Of a DNA stretch of 64,000 bases, positions 63,906 to 64,000 are shown piece by piece. A program made the position numbers and the translations under genes. The notes beneath the pieces are model-generated. The model worked only from the letters and a program-made list of their open reading frames with translations. It had not been told where the DNA came from and did no database searches. Origin of the DNA: a virus; the IMG/VR virus record IMGVR_UViG_3300005281_000069, positions 3,985-67,984 of that record; one strand, given 5' to 3'. Position 1 is the first letter of the stretch, and every line of letters begins with the position of its first letter.

Positions 63906-64000
63906 CTATTCTACCGCTTTTTTCAAAGTACTTTAACACTCATTTAAGAGTCGGAATAGACTATATCTTCATTACTATCATATAGTAATGTGAAGGCGCT
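63906..64000 (-). ncRNA. 3' end of another group I intron in dnaE (continues beyond the window)
   Basis: P8-like hairpin CAUUACUAU..AUAGUAAUG, S AAGAUAUAGUCU, P9.0 AUUC/GAAU, terminal G at 63906 before GAT ATT GAT. Confidence 0.88.

Noticed and set aside
1..64000. CRISPR arrays, tRNA or rRNA genes
   Set aside because: No regularly spaced repeats or cloverleafs were recognised by eye; the intergenic inverted repeats look like intrinsic terminators. A tRNAscan/Infernal run would be needed to exclude them fully.

Overview
This is an AT-rich, gene-dense window, mostly on the minus strand. It reads as part of a large (jumbo-type) phage or phage-like replicon of a spore-forming Bacillota host; the amidase cell-binding domain suggests Paenibacillaceae (inference). 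It encodes replication, recombination and repair genes (recA, DnaG-type primase, UvsW-like helicase, SSB, SbcCD, RuvC, RarA, DnaE), host-like sporulation and stress genes (SASP, YtxC, RsfA-like, Dps), NAD/ADP-ribose-related enzymes, lysis genes, a modular tail-fibre-like array, a tnpA-less IS200/IS605 element with tnpB, and many decaying accessory ORFs. Three group I introns are visible: one in recA and two in dnaE. The main observation is that one dnaE intron is physically split. Its catalytic core (63438-63065) is followed by a terminator. Its 3' end (pairing strand plus omega-G at 47905) and the 3' dnaE exon lie 15.1 kb away behind their own promoter. A perfect 13-bp complement links the two pieces, and the guide sequence matches both exons, so the replicative polymerase mRNA appears to be assembled by group I trans-splicing. 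Product calls come from motif recognition only; no database searches were run.
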